Assembly: GCA_963782055.1 (NCBI GenBank) | Contig: CAWAIF010000002.1 | Coordinates: 480,001-544,000, forward strand | DNA: 64,000 nucleotides | Source: an uncultured delta proteobacterium | GTDB lineage: Bacteria; Myxococcota_A; Polyangia; Polyangiales; Polyangiaceae | Direction: 5' to 3' | Part shown: piece by piece, positions 59,055 through 64,000 of the stretch | How the letters are laid out: every line of letters starts with the position of its first letter | Numbering within the stretch: position 1 is the stretch's first letter | Program-made: the position numbers and the translations under genes | The notes under the pieces: generated by a model | The model's database searches: none | Seen by the model: the letters and a program-made list of their open reading frames with translations, nothing else | Told to the model about the DNA's origin: nothing

Positions 59055-59818
59055 GGCGAGCTGACGACGAGCGGCTGGATGCCACGAAGCTGGTGCGTGA
59101 AGAGTGCGATCGCGTGCTCAGCGGCTACATGAAGGACCCGTGGCGATGGCCGCGCGAGTCGGATCTCGTCGCCGACATGGTCATGTCGATGCAGAAGGCC
59201 ATGGGGGAGCACGCTCGTGTGACTGCCGAGCGGGAGACACCCGGGCTTCAGTCCGGCCGGTCGGCGGTTACGGTGCCACGCGTGCGCACCGAGGTTAAGC
59301 CGGGAGGGAACGCGAAGAAGGTGGACATCGGGGTGCTCGGGGCTCCCCAGGTGAAGGTGTACCTCCACGGCAACGGCGCCCGAGACGTGGTTCTTCAAGT
59401 TGACGAGGCTGATCTCTCGGCCATCGTCGAGGTGAAGCTGGAACCCGGGCTCACCCAGGATGGTTGGCTCGCGGATGTGCGGAAGCTAGTCGGCTTCCCG
59501 GCCGCAGGCTTCCGCGTGGCCCTGTGGATCGACACGAGTCTGCCGCTTCCGGCGGTAGACGTCTGGTACAAGCACTTGAAGAGGGTCTCGGGCCGCAACG
59601 AAGAGTTCCCCGTCTGGCCTTTGCGTTCCGAGGCATTCACCGTCCGAGTGCCCGGGACCGACCTATTGCGCTTCGAGCCGGTGACGCAGCCCGATGGGTA
59701 CGGGGTCTACCTAGCGGGCCTCGGGCTGAAGAAGTCCGTCTTGGTAGAGCAATTCACGAGCGTGCTGCCACACGACGCAGTGTCGCCGTGCTGGTGGAGA
59801 GTGGAAGGGAGCGCGTAG
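59051..59818 (+). CDS. Hypothetical PD-(D/E)xK-like nuclease inserted between hsdR and hsdM
   Basis: ATGA overlap with hsdR; RESDL...RTEV...VDIGV...IVEVK...DVRKL; atypical codon usage. Confidence 0.6.
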   Translation: MRRADDERLDATKLVREECDRVLSGYMKDPWRWPRESDLVADMVMSMQKAMGEHARVTAERETPGLQSGRSAVTVPRVRTEVKPGGNAKKVDIGVLGAPQVKVYLHGNGARDVVLQVDEADLSAIVEVKLEPGLTQDGWLADVRKLVGFPAAGFRVALWIDTSLPLPAVDVWYKHLKRVSGRNEEFPVWPLRSEAFTVRVPGTDLLRFEPVTQPDGYGVYLAGLGLKKSVLVEQFTSVLPHDAVSPCWWRVEGSA

Positions 59819-59833
59819 CGTTCCGGAGTAGAG

Positions 59834-61258
59834 ATGCCCAACACCCAAGACATCGTCCAGAAGCTCTGGAACCAGTGCCACATCCTCCGGGACGACGGCA
59901 TCACCTACCACGAGTACGTGACCGAGCTGACGTACCTGCTCTTCCTCAAGATGGCGAAGGAGACGGGTATGGAGAAGCCGATCCCGCAGCGCTATCGCTG
60001 GGACGAGCTCGTCAAGCGAGAGGGCACGGACCTCCTCAAGTTCTACAAGGAGCTGCTGCTCGAGCTCGGTAGCGAGGGAGGTGGCCGCGTGCAGGCGATC
60101 TACGCCAACGCCTCCACCGCCTTCCGGCAGCCGCGCCACTTGCACACGGTGGTCCAGAACATCGACGCGCTCGACTGGTACAGCGCCAAGTCGGAGGGCC
60201 TCGGCGATCTCTACGAGGGCCTGCTCGAGAAGAACGCCGAGGAGACCAAGAGCGGCGCCGGCCAGTACTTCACCCCGCGCCCGCTCATCGAGTGCATGGT
60301 CGCCCTGATCAAGCCCCAGCCCGGAGAGCGCGTGCAGGATCCGGCGGTCGGCACCGGCGGCTTCCTCATCAACGCCGACCGCTACGTGCGGTCGATGACG
60401 GACGACTACCACGACCTCCCCGTCGCCAAGCAGAACTTCCAGCGCCACGAGGCCTTCTACGGCGTCGAGCTCGTCCCCGACGTCCAGCGCCTCGCCCTGA
60501 TGAACGCGATGCTCCACGACATCCAGGGCAACATCCTCCTCGGCGACACCCTCGGCCCGACCGGCGCCAAGCTCCCGAAGGCCGACGTCATCCTCACCAA
60601 CCCCCCCTTCGGCACCAAGAAGGGCGGCGGCGGCCCCACGCGCGACGACATCACCTTCCCCACGAGCAACAAGCAGCTCGTCTTCCTCCAGCACATCTAC
60701 CGCGGCCTCAAGCCCGGCGGCCGCGCCGCGGTCGTCCTCCCCGACAACGTCCTCTTCGAGGAGGGCGTCGGCCAGCGCGTCCGCGCCGACCTGATGGACA
60801 AGGCCGATCTCCACACCATCCTGCGCCTCCCGACGGGCATCTTCTACGCCCAGGGCGTCAAGACCAACGTCCTCTTCTTCACCCGCGGCGAGAAGGACAA
60901 GGCCAACACCAAGGCCGTCTGGTTCTACGACATGCGGACCAACAGCCCCTCCTTCGGCAAGCGCACCCCCCTCACCCGCGCCCACTTCGCCGACTTCGAG
61001 AAGTCCTACGGCCCCGACCCCCTCGGCAAGAGCAAGCGCAAGGACCAGGGCGAAACCGGCCGCTTCCGCAAGTTCACCCGCGACGACATCGCCAAGCGCG
61101 GCGACAACCTGGACATCACCTGGCTGAAGGACGACAGCGTGACCGACCACGCCGACCTCCCGGAGCCGGAGGAGATCGCCGCGCAGATCGTGGCGCAGCT
61201 TCAGACCGCGCTGGAGGAGATGCAGGCGTTGCAGGAAGAGCTTGGGGGCGACGTTTGA
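59834..61258 (+). CDS. hsdM: Type I R-M N6-adenine methyltransferase subunit M
   Basis: GQYFTPR, DPAVGTGGF and NPPFG motifs. Confidence 0.96.
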   Translation: MPNTQDIVQKLWNQCHILRDDGITYHEYVTELTYLLFLKMAKETGMEKPIPQRYRWDELVKREGTDLLKFYKELLLELGSEGGGRVQAIYANASTAFRQPRHLHTVVQNIDALDWYSAKSEGLGDLYEGLLEKNAEETKSGAGQYFTPRPLIECMVALIKPQPGERVQDPAVGTGGFLINADRYVRSMTDDYHDLPVAKQNFQRHEAFYGVELVPDVQRLALMNAMLHDIQGNILLGDTLGPTGAKLPKADVILTNPPFGTKKGGGGPTRDDITFPTSNKQLVFLQHIYRGLKPGGRAAVVLPDNVLFEEGVGQRVRADLMDKADLHTILRLPTGIFYAQGVKTNVLFFTRGEKDKANTKAVWFYDMRTNSPSFGKRTPLTRAHFADFEKSYGPDPLGKSKRKDQGETGRFRKFTRDDIAKRGDNLDITWLKDDSVTDHADLPEPEEIAAQIVAQLQTALEEMQALQEELGGDV

Positions 61259-62841
61259 CCGAGCGGCTTCCCAACGGCTGGAAGCGTGTCGCGCTGAGCG
61301 AAGTCGCAGAGGTACGCCTCGGTCGCCAGCGATCTCCCGAGCGCGCGACGGGCCCGCACATGCGGCCCTACATGCGTGCCGCGAACGTCACCTGGGCCGG
61401 AATCAGCGTCCAGGATGTGAAGGAGATGGACTTCTCCCCGAAGGAGTTCGAAACCTATGAACTGAAGGAGGGCGATGTCCTGCTGTCCGAGGCGTCGGGA
61501 AGTGCGGCGGAGGTCGGAAAGCCCGCGATATGGCGCGGGCAGGTTGCCGGGTGCTGCTTTCAGAACACACTCATCCGCGTCCGATCGCGTGGGCCGTTGC
61601 CGGAGTATCTCCATCTGCATTTTCTCGCCGATGCGCGGCTTGGGCGATTCGCCGCCGTCGGCAAGGGTGTCGGTATCAATCACCTCGGGGCCGACAAGAT
61701 GGCGTCATGGCCGATCGCGCTGCCGCCACCGGACGAGCAGCGCCGCATCGTCGCCAAGCTCGAAGCCCTGCAGGCCCGAAGCCGCCGCGCGCGCGAGGCG
61801 CTCGACGCCGTCCCGCCGCTGCTCGAGAAGCTGCGCCAGTCCATCCTCGCGGCGGCCTTCCGCGGGGACCTCACGAAGGACTGGCGCGCGAAGCACAAGG
61901 ACGTGGAGCCCGCGAGCAAGCTCCTCGAGCGCATCCGCGCCGAGCGCCGGAAGAAGTGGGAGGAGGCCGAGCTCGCCAAGATGAAGGCGAAGGGCAAGCT
62001 CCCGAAGGGCGACGCCTGGAAGGCGAAGTACAAGGAGCCGGCGCCGGTGGATGCGACGGGGCTGCCGGAGCTGCCGGAGGGGTGGTGCTGGGCGAGCTTG
62101 GAGAGTCTGCTGCCGAGCACGGGGGACCTCTTCGATGGTCCGTTCGGCTCGGCGCTAAAGACGGATGACTACGTGTTGGAGGGAGTTCGCGTCATTCGTC
62201 TCGAGAACGTGGCGAACCTGGAATTTCGCGGCGAGAAGGAGACGTTCATCTCGCGAAGAAAGTACGACACGTTGACCCGTCACACCGTCGGAGCTGGTGA
62301 CATCATCTTCGGCTCATTCGTCGAGGAGTCCACGCGCGTGTGCCTATTGCCCGACCTCGGCGGGCCTGCCATCGCGAAGGCCGACTGCTTCTGCGTTCGA
62401 CCCGACGCCGCCGTCATCCGGGCCGACCTGCTCGTGTTGGCGCTCGGCAGTCATCACGCGCGCACAGAGCTTGCGCGTGGGATTCACGGCGCAACCCGGT
62501 CGCGTATCAACACAGGTCAGCTGCGCTCCCTCCGTGTGCCATTGCCACCGCGGAACGAACAAGAAATGGTTCTTGAGCGGGTCGAAGCGATGCTGGCGGT
62601 CGTGCGGAACCTGGCCAGGACCCAGCAACAATCGGGCGCGGCGTTCTCAACTCTCGACCGCGCGGTGCTCGCGAAGGGCTTCCGCGGGGACCTCGTCCGC
62701 CAGAATCCGAACGACGAGCCCGCCGAGGTGATCCTGGCGCGAGTGCCGAGCCTCGACGCGGCGAAGACCAACGGCGCGGGTGCGAGGGCATCCGAGCCGG
62801 GCAACCGCGCAAGAAAATCAATCGAGTCAGAGCGACGATGA
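61255..62841 (+). CDS. hsdS: Type I R-M specificity subunit S
   Basis: TTG overlapping the hsdM stop; LPNGW / LPEGW TRD starts; LPPPDEQRRIV and LPPRNEQ; SILAAAFRGDL. Confidence 0.93.
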   Translation: MTERLPNGWKRVALSEVAEVRLGRQRSPERATGPHMRPYMRAANVTWAGISVQDVKEMDFSPKEFETYELKEGDVLLSEASGSAAEVGKPAIWRGQVAGCCFQNTLIRVRSRGPLPEYLHLHFLADARLGRFAAVGKGVGINHLGADKMASWPIALPPPDEQRRIVAKLEALQARSRRAREALDAVPPLLEKLRQSILAAAFRGDLTKDWRAKHKDVEPASKLLERIRAERRKKWEEAELAKMKAKGKLPKGDAWKAKYKEPAPVDATGLPELPEGWCWASLESLLPSTGDLFDGPFGSALKTDDYVLEGVRVIRLENVANLEFRGEKETFISRRKYDTLTRHTVGAGDIIFGSFVEESTRVCLLPDLGGPAIAKADCFCVRPDAAVIRADLLVLALGSHHARTELARGIHGATRSRINTGQLRSLRVPLPPRNEQEMVLERVEAMLAVVRNLARTQQQSGAAFSTLDRAVLAKGFRGDLVRQNPNDEPAEVILARVPSLDAAKTNGAGARASEPGNRARKSIESERR

Positions 62842-63240
62842 GCGTCCCCACCTACGACCAGTTCATCGAGCCGCTGCTCCGCGTCCTCGCCGAGCACCCC
62901 GACGGCGTGAGGACCGCCGATGCCCACGAGGCCGTCGCCGAACGCCTCGGTCTCGACGATGACGCCCGCGCCGAGCGCGTCCCCAGCGGCGTGCAGCTCC
63001 TGTACAAGAGCCGCAACGGCTGTGCGCACGACCGGCTGAAGCGAGCGGGGTTCTCGACCAGGCCACCACGGGTTCTGGAAGGCGACGCCGCAGGGCTCAG
63101 CCACGGGGCGAGGCAGACGCGGCTCTCCGACGACGACGAGCGCCTCGCCAGCGTCGACCGCACCTCCAGGCTCAAGCCGAAGGAGGCCGATGCTGCCCAT
63201 CGGCCTCCTCGAGATGCCGACGCCGTCGCCATCCTCCCCA
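62838..63240 (+). pseudogene. mrr: Decayed Mrr restriction protein (N-terminal wHTH only)
   Basis: MSVPTYDQFIEPLLRVL...YKSRNGCAHDRLKRAG; similarity breaks down afterwards and no catalytic domain follows. Confidence 0.7.
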
Positions 63241-63714
63241 GGTGCTACTTCGGGTCCGCCACCGGCGTCGGGAACAGCACGTCGCGGCTCGTTTACCTCC
63301 TCGTTCGTGCACATCGCGCCGAGCGTCCCCGCCACGACTACCTCACGATGGTCGCCGCGACCCACGACGCACGCATTGTCCGAGACCCACCGTATGTGGC
63401 CAGCTGGCGGTCGTCGGCTAACATCGTTTGCTGCAACGGCTTCGTCTTCACCGCCTCCGTCAGAGGGCGCCGTCAGGCAAAAACTGACCGCCGCCTCACA
63501 GAGAGCCCCCCCGGCATGAAACCTCGGAAATTCGCCACCGACGGCGATCATGCCACCATGCCGCGCCGAACTCCGGTGCTCCAGAGGTGGGGCCGGAGCC
63601 GCAAACCTGCTGGACGTCGCGCCCGGGGCGAGCTTAGCTCCATCGAGGCCGAAGACCCTGCGAACGAGCCGGCAAGAACCCGCCAGCCACCATCCTCTAC
63701 CACGAGAACTGTTC

Positions 63715-64000
63715 ATGCTCACTAACTGGGTACTGGAAAACTTCAAACCAATTTCTGGTCACCTCAACCTTGCGCTCGGTAAGACAACGGTTCTCGCGGG
63801 TCTAAACAGTACGGGAAAGAGCAGCGTACTCCAGTCGATATTGTTGCTCGCCCAGACGCTCGCGAATCCCAATCCAAACAAGCCCCTCATCCTCAACGGC
63901 CACATCGTACAGCTAGGAACGTATGAGGACATACTCAACGACAACACCAAGGACGCCCCGGTCGGCATCGGCGTGACGCTTGCGGTGGACGAAGCCCGCA
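63715..64000 (+). CDS. ABC/AAA-type ATPase (AAA_15/AAA_21, DUF3696-type); 3' end runs off the window
   Basis: Absent from the ORF track; MLTNWVLENFKP...TVLAGLNSTGKSSVLQSILLLAQT...LNGHIVQLG; lower GC. Confidence 0.8.
   Translation, partial: MLTNWVLENFKPISGHLNLALGKTTVLAGLNSTGKSSVLQSILLLAQTLANPNPNKPLILNGHIVQLGTYEDILNDNTKDAPVGIGVTLAVDEAR

Noticed and set aside
42623..64000. Prophage, ICE or integron
   Set aside because: No integrase, tRNA attachment site, phage structural gene, conjugation gene or attC-like repeats recognised.

Overview
High-GC bacterial DNA, very probably from a myxobacterium (Polyangiaceae/Labilithrix-like). The evidence is MYXO-CTERM tails, Hanks-type kinases, many Cys-rich lipoproteins with DAG/DGG linkers and sigma54 promoters. 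Positions 1-42.6 kb are mostly core genome: pnp/cdd, coaD, thiolase, 3-hydroxyacyl-CoA dehydrogenase, SDR, prolyl oligopeptidase, M20 dipeptidase, ruvA, a MinD/DnaJ/HTH protein, DsbA, two DEDDh exonucleases and gltA. This part also holds an uncharacterised haem-c lipoprotein operon at 1-4480 (HzsA-like propeller, HEAT-repeat protein, and a protein with non-canonical CX4CH/CX8CH motifs) and a small inserted island at about 11.1-14.9 kb. After gltA comes an accessory region. It contains nucleotidyltransferase/PIN remnants, nmrA-lysR and a DUF6308-like gene. It then has a rearranged array of 'large Asp-box-like propeller lipoprotein + small Cys-rich lipoprotein' pairs, in which a duplicated small gene stays intact while both flanking large genes are internally deleted. 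The window ends in a defence island: hsdR, an inserted PD-(D/E)xK-like gene, hsdM, hsdS, a decayed mrr and an AAA ATPase. Several single-base frameshifts may be long-read errors. I recognised no rRNA, tRNA, CRISPR array or integrase. All family assignments come from motif recognition by eye, not database searches.
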